Positions 23,729 through 33,947 of a stretch of 64,000 nt of DNA are shown piece by piece. This DNA is from Torpedo marmorata (taxonomy: Eukaryota), in contig OZ360225.1 of the NCBI GenBank assembly GCA_977017645.1, positions 98,580,001 through 98,644,000 on the forward strand, given 5' to 3'. A program made the translations under genes and the position numbers. Under the pieces are notes generated by a model that made no database searches, was not told the DNA's origin, and saw nothing but the letters and a program-made list of their open reading frames with translations. Within the stretch, counting starts at the first letter, position 1, and each line of letters opens with the position of its first letter.

Positions 23729-24121
23729 TTACATATAATTTACGAGATAAATATCATTTCTTTTTGAAAATTTGGAGCCCATATATGAGAATTATGGGTA
23801 TGAATTAATTCTCTAAAAGTTGGTACCGCTGACAAATGTAACCTCCAATATATAAGTAGAGTTAGCTTGTAATTGTTTTCTCCTCATTCTAACTCTTAAA
23901 TCTTTATTATTCAATTCTATTCTTCTTTTTTCTTTTTAACTAATACCTCTTTTTTTTTCTCTTTCCTTTTTTTTAATTAGAATAGTGTGGGAGGGTTGGG
24001 GAGGGAAGGGTGGGAGGGGGGGAGGTAATATATCACATGTATTTTGAATGATATACTATTTTTGATTCATGTATTTTGTGATTTTAAAAGTTAAATAAAA
24101 TTATAAAAAAAAAAAAAAAAA
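23729..24121 (+). mobile_element. L1-clade 5'-truncated insertion with poly(A) and 16-bp TSD
   Basis: TSD AATGATGTTTAATGTA at 23713-23728 and 24122-24137; encodes ITYNLRDKYHFFLKIWSPY.., homologous to the C-terminus of ORF 4379-4894; G-rich 3' UTR, AATAAA and A-tail. Confidence 0.93.
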
Positions 24122-24254
24122 AATGATGTTTAATGTAGCTACTTCAGTGGCCAGACTCCATTCATACCATTAAACAAAGTGCGCAATGATGAAAAAGAAT
24201 TATTTGATGGACTTTAGATAAGATTTAATATTTCAAGAGAAAGCAGATTTCTTT

Positions 24255-24470
24255 TTGTTATTTTTCACTTTTTAGATGTGAAAAATCTCTGGCGGGGTCA
24301 AAATTTATTGCTTATCTCTAATTCCTGAAACCTGGGTAGCCATTTACAGAACAACTAATAAACTATATTAGTGACATGGAACAACATATAGGCCAGATAG
24401 GATAAGGATGGCAGATTTCCCTCCCTCAAGGATACAAGAGAACCAGATGAGATTTTATGACATTTGGTCA
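24255..24470 (-). mobile_element. Old retroposon (LINE/SINE) 3' fragment sharing a tail with 36785-37030
   Basis: AATTTATTGCTTATCTCTAATT resembles the reverse complement of TTAAGGGATGGGCAACAAATT; also contains ATAGGCCAGA..AAGGATGGCAGATTTCC. Confidence 0.55.
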
Positions 24471-24492
24471 TCTACCTTTTTCAGAGTATAAA

Positions 24493-24715
24493 CAATACAC
24501 AAATGTGCTGGAGAAACTGAGCAGCTCACGCAGCATTCATGGGAAGTAAAGGGTAACCAACGTTTTGGGTCTGAGCCCTTTTGTCAGGTATCTATGAAGG
24601 GGTCAGGCCAGAAACATTGATTACCCTTTACTTCCTAAGGGTACTGCATGACCTGCGGTTCTTCAGCACATTTGTGCATTGCATTCAACCCCAGCAGCTG
24701 CAGATTTTCTTGTTT
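24493..24715. repeat. Palindromic Penelope-pLTR-derived element (~87-bp arms) with hammerhead-like motifs at the centre
   Basis: 24493-24580 is inverted relative to 24597-24681; the minus strand reads CCTGACAAAAGGGCTCAGACCCAAAACGTTGG and the plus strand TATGAAGGGGTCAGGCCAGAAACATTG. Confidence 0.85.
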
Positions 24716-26404
24716 AACCCGAGAATTTAATCAGTTATTTTGAGCTGATAATTTTAAATACATGAGCTTTTTATACTTTGTCCAAATGACTTCAATGATA
24801 AAAGTAGCGTTGATCCATAATATATAAGAGCTCATTGATTTGACTCTTGGCTGGTGAGTGAGTGGTGGCAGAATTATTCTAACATTTTTATAGAACCAGA
24901 TTCTATGATCTGTGGTAGACATGTGTAGATGGCTGCTCCCAGTGATCCAATCATCTCTGTTCCGTACATCCCCATTTTTAATGTTAGTTGCTGGTTATCA
25001 GGTCTCAGAGGTTTCCAGAACACAACAATAACCATGTTATCATTCATGCCGAACAGCCTATTTCATTGAAGAACCCTCCTTTACAATAAACCAGAGGCAG
25101 AAATCAAAACTTAACTGACATGATAAATACTTTATATCTACAAAATAAATATTTAAAATTAAATATTCACAAGACTTTTAGAATCTGAAGTACTGTAAAT
25201 ATCATATAAGGGATAATTCATAGATGTAAAATTAAATTTTTGAGCTGAAGGAATTGTTAAGCAATGTGTTGCTTCAGCAGACCATGAAGAATTCACTTAA
25301 ATCTTAGGCAACAAAGCATGGCTTTTTCATGGGACTTTTCACAGCAGGGTTAGTTTATAAGAGTTTGAAATTCTTGAGGGATGACTGAATTTGCAAGATT
25401 GCCCGAGATCACATATTGAAGCAACATTTGCTGAGGCAGAGCTATTTCTGCCTGCCTATGTTGAAGAATGGATGTACAGATTCCAAAGGCCAGCATTTAC
25501 TTTTAATGGCATTAAACTAGTGTTCTGAGTTAACCTAATATTGAATGTGAAAGTCGCATTACGATGGAACACATGAAAATTAGAACCAGGGATAGAGCAC
25601 TTGGCCACTTGACCCTGCTCCCTCATTCAATAAGACCAGAGCTGACCTTTTATCTCAGGCCACTTCCCTGCACTGTTCCCACAACACTGATTCTCTTCAT
25701 ATTCAAAGAATCAATTGATGTGCCTTGAATTGATCTGACTGAGAACTGTTCTGTTTCAAGTTCTCATAGCTGTCAGCATTAGAATGCAATCTCAGCAGTC
25801 AACTCTTCAAGAATTCATGCAATAACGCAAGAAACACTCTGGAACTACTCACCCAACATTGCTGCTGAATAAATAGATGAATAAATGATGGAAGAGAGTG
25901 GGAGAGTGGAACCAAGAGGTCAGGGAGCTGAGAAGAATAGTGCCTGCAGGAAACACATTCTTCATGGATTGAGGACCATGGAGATCAACCAAGGCCACAA
26001 TTGGATGCTCCTGGCAGGTGGTTGCTTGGGAAATCTCATGAGCACTTACTGCAGTCAAAGTGTAATGCAGGCAAATGCCCATGCCAATTCAGTCTGCTCT
26101 CGAGGGCTAAAAGAAAAGTAAACGAGGTCTCCTCTCCTTGAATGCAGAGTTTAGTTGACCTCTCTAATGTAGCAGTAAGCAGCAAACTGAAATTTTGCAT
26201 GTTAGCAGCAACAACCTTGAATGATCCTGATCGTTTCCAATTTAAAAACTCCATACTTTCTGGTTCAATTCTTTATGTAAAAAAACTGTAAGAAGGTCAG
26301 GTAACTGAAACAAGCATTTTTTATATGTTCAGTTTATTGTCTCAGAATGGAATTATGATAGAAAGAAGGCTATTGCAGTATTTTAAGAAACTGTGTTTCA
26401 ACAT

Positions 26405-26720
26405 GTAGAATCATACAACAATGACAGCGGTCTGAGTCTGCTCTAACCTTTGAACATTTATTTGCATTAATGCTGCCCAAATCCCATTTTATTTTCCACA
26501 CATTTCTCTCAGCTCCCTTCAGACTTATCTACACACTCAGGGCAACTTTCAGTGATTAATTAACCACATGTTTTTTGGATATGGGAGGAAAGCAGAGCGC
26601 TGAGGAAAACCCCTGCAGTCGCAGGGAGAATGTGTAAACTCCACACAGACAGCACCAGAGGACAGTGTAAACCTGGGTCACTGGAGCTGTGGGACAGCGA
26701 CTCTACTACCTCTGCTGCTA
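26405..26720 (-). mobile_element. V/HE1-type tRNA SINE, old copy
   Basis: GGGAGGAAAGCAGAGC..GAGGAAAACCC..GCAGGGAGAATGTGTAAACTCCACACAGACAGCACC. Confidence 0.75.
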
Positions 26721-26880
26721 GTAGTGTTGCCACCTCACTTTTTCAAATAATTTATCAAGCATTAGTCTCGGTACTTCTGATCAATTCATAATTCTCCATC
26801 TGAGCTCATATTCCATTGACAGACTCCTTCCTACTCTGACAGGTTGATGGTTAGAAAATTTAGTTAGTTATTAAACTAAT

Positions 26881-27097
26881 GGGTGGCACGGTTAGTGTAG
26901 TGGTTAGCGCAACGCTATTACAGCGCCAGCGACCGGGGTGCGAATCAGGTGCTGTCTGTAAGGAGTTTGTATGTTCTCCCTATGTCTGCATGGGTTTCCT
27001 CCAGGTGCTCCGGTTTCGTTCCCCCTTCAAAAGGTACCAAGGTTGTAGGTCAATTGGGTGTAATTGGCCGGAAGGGTATGTTTAAATTTAATTTAAA
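26881..27097 (+). mobile_element. V/HE1-type tRNA SINE
   Basis: GGGTGGCACGG start, A-box TAGTGTAGTGG, degenerate B-box, V-domain GGAGTTTGTATGTTCTCCC..TGGGTTTCCTCCAGGTGCTCCGGTTT, (AAATTT)n tail. Confidence 0.9.
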
Positions 27098-27106
27098 CTG
27101 CCCATT

Positions 27107-27796
27107 TCAGAATCAGAATCAGAATTTATTGTCATGAACAAGACATGAAATTCGGTGTTTTGTGGCAGCATCATAGTGCAATTAACATTCATATTAACCA
27201 TCTTATGACATTACTATAAAAAAATATAAACAATAGTGCACGAAAAGTAAGGCAGTGTCTTTGGTTCATTGATTATTCAGGAATCTGATGGCAGTGGGGA
27301 AGAAGCTGTCCTTGTGCCGTTGAGTGCTCGTCTTTAGGCTCCTGTACCTTTTTCCCGATGGAAGCAGAGTGAAGAGGGCATGGCCTGGGTGGTGGGGGTC
27401 TTTGAGGATACAGGCTGCTTTTTTAAGACACCGCCTCATGTAGATATCCTCGATGGAGTGAAGTTTGGTGCCTGTGATGTCACAGGCCGAGTTAACAACC
27501 CTCTGGAGTTTTCTCTTGTCCTGAGAGTTGGCGCCTCCATACCAGGCAGTGATGCAACCAGCCAGAATGCTCTCCACGGTACACCTGTAGAAGTTTACGA
27601 GAGTCTCCGGTGACATACCGAATCTCCGCAGACACCTCACAAAGTATAGCCACTGACGAGCCTTCTTTGTGATTGCATCAACGAGGAGGCTCCAGGACAG
27701 ATCCTCGGAGATGTTGACACCCAGGAATTTGAAGTTCTTGAACCTCTCCACTACTGAGCCCTCGATGAGGACTGGGTCGTGTTCCCCTGACTTCCT
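27107..27796 (-). mobile_element. Rex1/Babar-like LINE subfamily A copy 3
   Basis: ORF 27266-27835 is nearly identical to ORF 1681-2226; (TTCTGA)3 tail. Confidence 0.93.
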
Positions 27797-28445
27797 ATTA
27801 TCAACTGCAAAGGCTATTTTCATGGTTAAACTCATTTGAAGTCACCAATTTCCTTCCAATTTTGAAAAGCTTTGTCATTGAAAATCAGTTCTCTGGATGT
27901 GTGAACATCATCAAACCTATCCCACTCTAATGTACACCAGCTACATGAGGTGCTGCTAATTTCCTTGTATAAACTATGGGACTTTTCACATGGGTTTCAA
28001 TGCAGAGACAGCGTGGATTGAAGTTTTATTTTTAAATTCTTTCACCAATTCAAAAAATGCAGAACATCTGTTGCTTAAACAGATATTCGTGGTCAATGTT
28101 TACATCATTATACGTACAACAACAATCCCTTCCTTCTTTGAGAGAACACCAATTTCCTGGTAGCATTATGGTTCCATTGAAAGAACACCGGAAGGAGAGG
28201 TTCAAGCTTAATCTCTCACGAAAGCTATTTCAGTCAGAAAGAGTTGAAAAGAGATTAAACATATTCTTCACATGTCGTCCACAAAATTTAGTTATTAAGA
28301 ATGTCTACAATGCCCATGTAATTAAAACACACATCACCAATATCGACAAATTAGCATCAAGATAACAACAAGAAGTCACATGCTAAAGTGCAATTTTTGG
28401 TCCACTTCTCATAACCATTTTTCACAGAGATTTTGTTTTCAATAT

Positions 28446-28552
28446 ATTCAGATTTCAGATTTATTGTCAGAGTACATACATGACATCATATACAACCCTG
28501 AGATGCCTTTTTCCTGTGGGTGCGGCAGAATTACCCCTAATTGGTAGTGCAG
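28446..28552 (-). mobile_element. Rex1 subfamily B-like 3' tail fragment
   Basis: Reverse complement of ~20700-20776 (CTCAGGGTTGTAT..GATGTCATGTA.GTACTCTGACAATAAA). Confidence 0.85.
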
Positions 28553-28959
28553 TACTTCCCCAAGTCTCAAGGGAGAAGCATCTTGATGTTCAGAGATTCT
28601 ACACAAAGCATTTGTTGTCCAAAGCATGAGCCCTCTTCCCTCATCCCATCTGCTTTCTTGGCCATCCCAAGGGGTGGAAAGTTCAGAGTACAATCTGGAA
28701 TTCACTGACATGATATTGCTGAATGATAAAAGGACAGGTTTTGTGAATGTCATAAAAACTGGGATATTTCCCACTTACTCTTTTTAAACTGAAATCACTG
28801 TCAATTTAAGATGTTGACCAATTGTAGCCCCCAAAGTTCTCTTTGGATTTAAAGTAAAAATGTGCTAATTTTAAAACTAGAACATCATTCAAAGATACGA
28901 TGATAAATAATTAGTTTGAGCATATATCGATGTCAAATAGACATCTGCAAAATAATTCA

Positions 28960-29770
28960 TTTGCATCTTTCACAACCTCAGTGGATCCCATGTAGGCAAT
29001 GAAATACTTTGGAAGTGTGGTGATTGCTTGATTATTGTAAAAAGCGAAAGTGTGCACATATTAAGTTCCCACAAACAGCAACGAGTTTCATTAATAGATA
29101 AGCCCATCAATCTGAAACCTCAACACTTTTTTTCACTTTTCACTAAAGCTCTCTGATATATAACATTTGTTCTTATTTCATGAGGAGGAAACTAAGTTCA
29201 TGATGTCACAAGAGATTAAAGATAGTGTAATCTGAAGCAAAAATCAAACTGCCAGAGCAACTCAGCTTGTCAGGCAGCATCTGTGGAGGCAGAGGAATGG
29301 TTGACATTTCAGGTCACGATAGTGCATCAGGATTGAAAGTGTAGAGAGGAGATGTTTATGATGTAGATTAAGTGATAAGTTTTAACTCTCCAGCTCTGGC
29401 AAAACATAAACAAATAACAAATAAGTTGACTAAGTTACTTTTCCAAAAAGCAGAGAATCTGGGCCACTGTTATTAACTTGATGGGTTTTGGGCTGACTCT
29501 GTATTTTAGAGTTGCAGAAAGATGTAGCAAAGAAACAGGCACTTCAGCCCAGGAAATTGTTACTCATCTTTGAATAATACCAGGAAGGACAATTAAGCAT
29601 CTCAGTTTAATATCTTGACCAAAAGACATCACTACTGACAATGCAAAACTCCTTCAGTATAGCGCTCAAGGGCCCAGCAGGATTATGCTCTCAAGTGACT
29701 TTATGAGGTGAAACACACAATAACTTTACACAGAAACAAGAGAATTGCCATCATGCCAATACTGATAATA
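28960..29770 (-). mobile_element. Degenerate DeuSINE pieces (~28960-29110, ~29560-29770) surrounding a Penelope pLTR fragment (~29225-29345)
   Basis: CAATGAAATACTTTGGAAGTGTGG..CCCACAAACAGCAA; CTCAGTTTAATATCT..AAAGACATCAC..GATTATGCTCTCAAG; CTCAGCTTGTCAGGCAGCATCTGTGG..TTTCAGGTC..CATCAGG. Confidence 0.6.
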
Positions 29771-30111
29771 AATGATACCTCTGGTAAATTTATATGAACT
29801 CTTAGTGCATTTGCAGAAAATTAGCTCTTTAAATTAAACATATCTACTAAACAGCAGAGAGGACTTGATAAATTTAGAGTAAACATTGTTTGCATTAACA
29901 ATTCTGACATTTATTTCTAGTCTATTGCAGAATTATTACTATTATTACTTTAATAATGATGTTGTTAGCTCTCAGTTTTGTCTGAATTGTGTAAATGAAA
30001 CATACACATTCACTGATTGTACAAATGGAGATCTTACACTGGGGCAATATATAAAGTGCTTTTAACTAGCTCTGTGCTAGCAGTGCTGGTACTGCGGCTA
30101 TTCATACAAAC

Positions 30112-30378
30112 AGTTGTAGAAATTTACAGTACAGAAGGAGGCCTTTCAGCCCTTGGCAACCAGATATGAAGCTATTTTATTTATGTTCCTCCCACTTGTC
30201 CACTCATAGTCCACAGCCTTGCAAATTACAGCTCATCAAGTGCTCAATGAAGTACCTTTTAAATGTGATGATGGTTTTGTCCTTCACCACCCTTTCATTC
30301 AGTGAGTTCCAGATCCCCCTGTGCTCTGGGTGCTATTCTTTACCTCGTCTCCCTCTGAGCCTTGTACCGATGAACTTA
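30112..30378 (-). mobile_element. Decayed CR1 3' end (appears to resume at ~31390-31590)
   Basis: AGAAATTTACAGTACAGAAGGAGGCCTTTCAGCCC tail; TTCACCACCCTTTC..GAGTTCCAGATCCCC. Confidence 0.65.
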
Positions 30379-31340
30379 TGCTGCATAGTTAACAGCTTCT
30401 CTGCTGGTGCATACCCTTACCATGCCTCTCAGATTGTTATATATTGGTACCAAGCTTAGCGATACCCCAAAGAGTGCAAATGTGTTTACTGCTTTCGGTC
30501 CTGGAGTCCATGCATCTGAAATCCATATCCCCCATGTAATTTGCAAATGACAGCTGCAAGGCCAGTGTGCTGCTGTGTCGGCTACCCGCCGCAACCTCCT
30601 GCTGTCCTCTGGCAGTCCCACGGCAATGAAGCAGTAAGTTCATCGTTGCACGTGTTCTGCAGCGAACCACCCAGGCAAAGTGCCGAATCAGTCTGTGAGG
30701 ACTGGCATTGGCTGGGCTGGGAGGGAATGGTGTCGCTGATCAGTGCTGAGATGCGGGAATCAAGACTGCGCGCCCGGGCTGCATGGTGAGTGCTGATGTT
30801 GCTGGGAAATGGCAGCACCAGCTTTGGGTGCTGACAGGCCAACCAGATCCTACAATGTCCTTCATTACCTCCCAGTGGATGCAGTGGAATCTGCTGTTTC
30901 TCCTCTCTTTGTTTACTTGCACTACTCTCCTCAACCCAGAGATAGACAGCAGGAAGACCATCTAGAGATGATGAAGAACCATGCAGCCATGGGGAGATAG
31001 CAGCTTCCATTGCATCTGACAGGAGCTAATGGGAGAGACTGTGGTTCCAAGGTGGTCCATCAACACATAGAGCTGGAGATTCTAGTCACAGTAGTGAACA
31101 CAAACACCAGCTCTCACTGGTAGCCTCTGCACAATGCATCAATGGCTCACTCCACACTGAGCCACACAGAATGAGTTCAAGTTAACCACTTTATTGCTGC
31201 TGGAATGCCTACTGGGAGTTGAGCCCTCAACTAGGTTCCTGGCACAGCAGTGCAGAGCAACAACAGGACGGGCTGTGCCAGAATCCCGCACAGCAGCGCT
31301 GTCAATCACGCACCTCTGTCTATATAATCTTATACTAACA
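30379..31340. mobile_element. Unassigned ~960-bp GC-richer insertion, candidate solo LTR
   Basis: Interrupts a CR1 fragment; termini TG...CA; AATAAA on the minus strand at 31190-31195; no recognisable protein motif; TSD imperfect (ACTTA / CCTTT). Confidence 0.35.
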
Positions 31341-32193
31341 CCTTTAAACTTTGATTCCATGAGATCTCTCACTTGGCAAGACATCCTAGGTTGAAAGGTT
31401 CTCCTGAAATAAATCTGCCCTCAATCTCCTTCTTTCCAAAGAGGAAACTTTAAATTGATCAGATTCTCCCCACAATTAAAGTTCTTTACCCTGGACAATA
31501 TCCTTATGAATCTCCCAGGCACCTTTTCTAGTTCCATAATATCCTTCCTCTAATGCAGTGAGCAGAAATATGCACAATTGCCTAATTTGCATTTCATACA
31601 GTTTAAATTTTAAAGTAAAAAATATTTACCACATGGTGGAAGTCGATTCCAGCCGCTGAAACCCGTGCTGCCCAATCACGCCCAATTAACCTACCGACCC
31701 TGTTCCAGCATCCTCTCTCTGCTCTTACATCATTTAACTTGTCCAATAATTGTAAGTAGGTTGAAGCCCATTTTACCCCTTTACCTACCTGTGTGACTAC
31801 ATTCAGGAATCTCCAAAGAGTCCAAAGTCCCTCTGTTCCTCTACAATTTGGAGCATTTGGATGGTGGGACAATCTGGTTGCCTTAGCTCCTTGTTTTTGT
31901 TAGATATTGTAGATACTACAATATTAGATAATATCTACTATTGTAGATTGTATCTACAATAGGAAATACAAATCAAAATTTGACTCCAATGACTAATTTT
32001 CATTTGCTTATATGCTTTTCTGAATACTTGTTTTTAAAGGACAGGGAATGGTGGATCAACCTCCCCTCCATTTCAGTCACTAAAAAATGTTACCAAAAGG
32101 TCACATGTCTTTCTTAGTACTCTGATGCTTTCATGCTGTACATTACAAATTGAGAATGTCACAATATTTTATACTAATTCTGGCTAAATACTC

Positions 32194-32478
32194 GGTTAGT
32201 GTAGTGATTAGCACAACACTATTATAGCATCAGTGACCCAGGTTCGAATCCACCGCTGTCTTACGTTTAGACATGCAGCACGGTGAACGGCCCTTCCAGC
32301 CCATGATCCGGTGCCTACCAAAGGAGCCCATTCTCCCTGCAGCCACATGGGTTTCCTCCGGGTGTTCTGTATTCCTCCCATGTTCCAAAAACGTATGGGG
32401 TTAGTAAATTAATTGATCACATGGATGTATTTAGGCGGCACAGGGCTTATCACCGTGCTTTATCACTAAAAAAAAAAA
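32194..32478 (+). mobile_element. V/HE1-type tRNA SINE with an internal inverted tail piece
   Basis: A-box, perfect B-box GGTTCGAATCC at 32241-32251, V-domain, A-rich tail. Confidence 0.85.
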
Positions 32479-32509
32479 TTGACATGAGGGAAGTATTATA
32501 AAGTCAAAG

Positions 32510-32838
32510 AGTCGTAGAGAGAGACAGCATGGAAAAAGACATTTTTGCCCACCATTTTCACACCAACCACCAAACATTTACAAAGAATCTATGTTAATCC
32601 CATTTTTATTCTCCACATATTTCCATCAACCACCGCATCCACGCCAATTCCCATTGATTCTTCCGCTCACATAAGGGGCAAATGATCTTCCAATCCACAT
32701 GTCAAGGGGACGTGGGAGGAAACCAGAGCACCAGGAGGAAACCCACACAAACTCCATACAGACAGCATTAGAGGTCTGGAGTGAATGCAAGCTTCTGGCA
32801 CTGTGAGGCAGTGGTTCTTTCAGCTGTGTCCTGTGCCA
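32510..32838 (-). mobile_element. V/HE1-type SINE, old copy
   Basis: GTGGGAGGAAACCAGAGCACCAGGAGGAAACCCACACAAACTCCATACAGACAGCA. Confidence 0.8.
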
Positions 32839-33686
32839 AGGTGTGCAAAATGTTGATATATTTTCCATTGGCTTCAGTTGACTATTAAACAATGACCCCC
32901 ATCCAGCATTTTCATGAAAAGAACAAATAAATTAGATGATGTAACATAATTATTAACACAAGGCTCTTGCCATAAGCAATCTGAGTAAATCGATCGTTAA
33001 AAGTCAAAAGCTGGAGGTTACAACTTTGCAGTAATTCACAAAACATCTGAAAGCTTTTCCCAAGTTTTTATGTTGGAAGTTAAAAAGGATTTGAACATTG
33101 AAAAGGGTGAATTCCTCAAGCATGTTGATCAGCTTCCACTTAAAGATTTATTTTAACTACTTTCTTTAATGTGACGATGGAAAGTCATCAAATACACGGT
33201 GTTTTAAATGTTTTGCTATTGGTTTCTCTCGCATGTGAGAGAGATATTTGGTTGATCCATGAATTTTAGATATTTATATTACGGTATATATTATTACAAA
33301 TATAAAGATTAAACATTGAATGAATATTAACATAATGTAGCAGATAAATTTTCTTCAAAATCCAAATGACCACATATTTGTTCCATCTTAAACATTTCCC
33401 CTGATTTGAACACATTTGTGATTTTTTTTGTAAGATAATTGCTTTCACGATGTAACAGTCTTTACTTAAATATCGCTGCCATTAATGAAGAAATATTGTC
33501 TAAATGTTCCACCATTTAGTACCACCTGCAGAAGGATATGAACATACCGTCCTCGAAAACATTTTTCAATATATACTTCTGTTTATTCATACTGAACCAT
33601 TATCTCCATTTCTGCCATATTTTCTCTGATGCAGAAACTTTCTACTTCGTTGCCTCTGAAATCGTCCTTCTTTTTTGACTGCGGCT

Positions 33687-33947
33687 TAATTTTTTAAATT
33701 TAGAGATTCAGCACGATAACAGGCCCTTCCAGCCCATGAGCCCATGCTGCCCAAATACACCTGTGCGACCAATTAACCTAACAACCCTGTAAATTTTTTT
33801 GGAGGGTGGGAGGAAACTGGAGCACCCAGAGTAAACCCACGCACACACAGGGAGAAAGTACAAACTCCTCACAGACAGTGACAGATTCTAACCTGGGTCG
33901 CTGGCGCTGTAATAGCGTTGAGCTAACCGCTATGCTAGCTATGCTGT
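33687..33947 (-). mobile_element. V/HE1-type tRNA SINE
   Basis: Full reverse-complement match to the architecture of 26881-27097 and 60383-60642. Confidence 0.9.

Noticed and set aside
26881-26960. tRNA gene (A/B boxes; also at 32194, 60600 and 63755)
   Set aside because: These are SINE heads followed directly by the V-domain; no complete cloverleaf
33540-33690. Purine-rich minus-strand stretch ending in ACG|GTATGT as a coding exon
   Set aside because: All three frames contain stops and there is no clear acceptor
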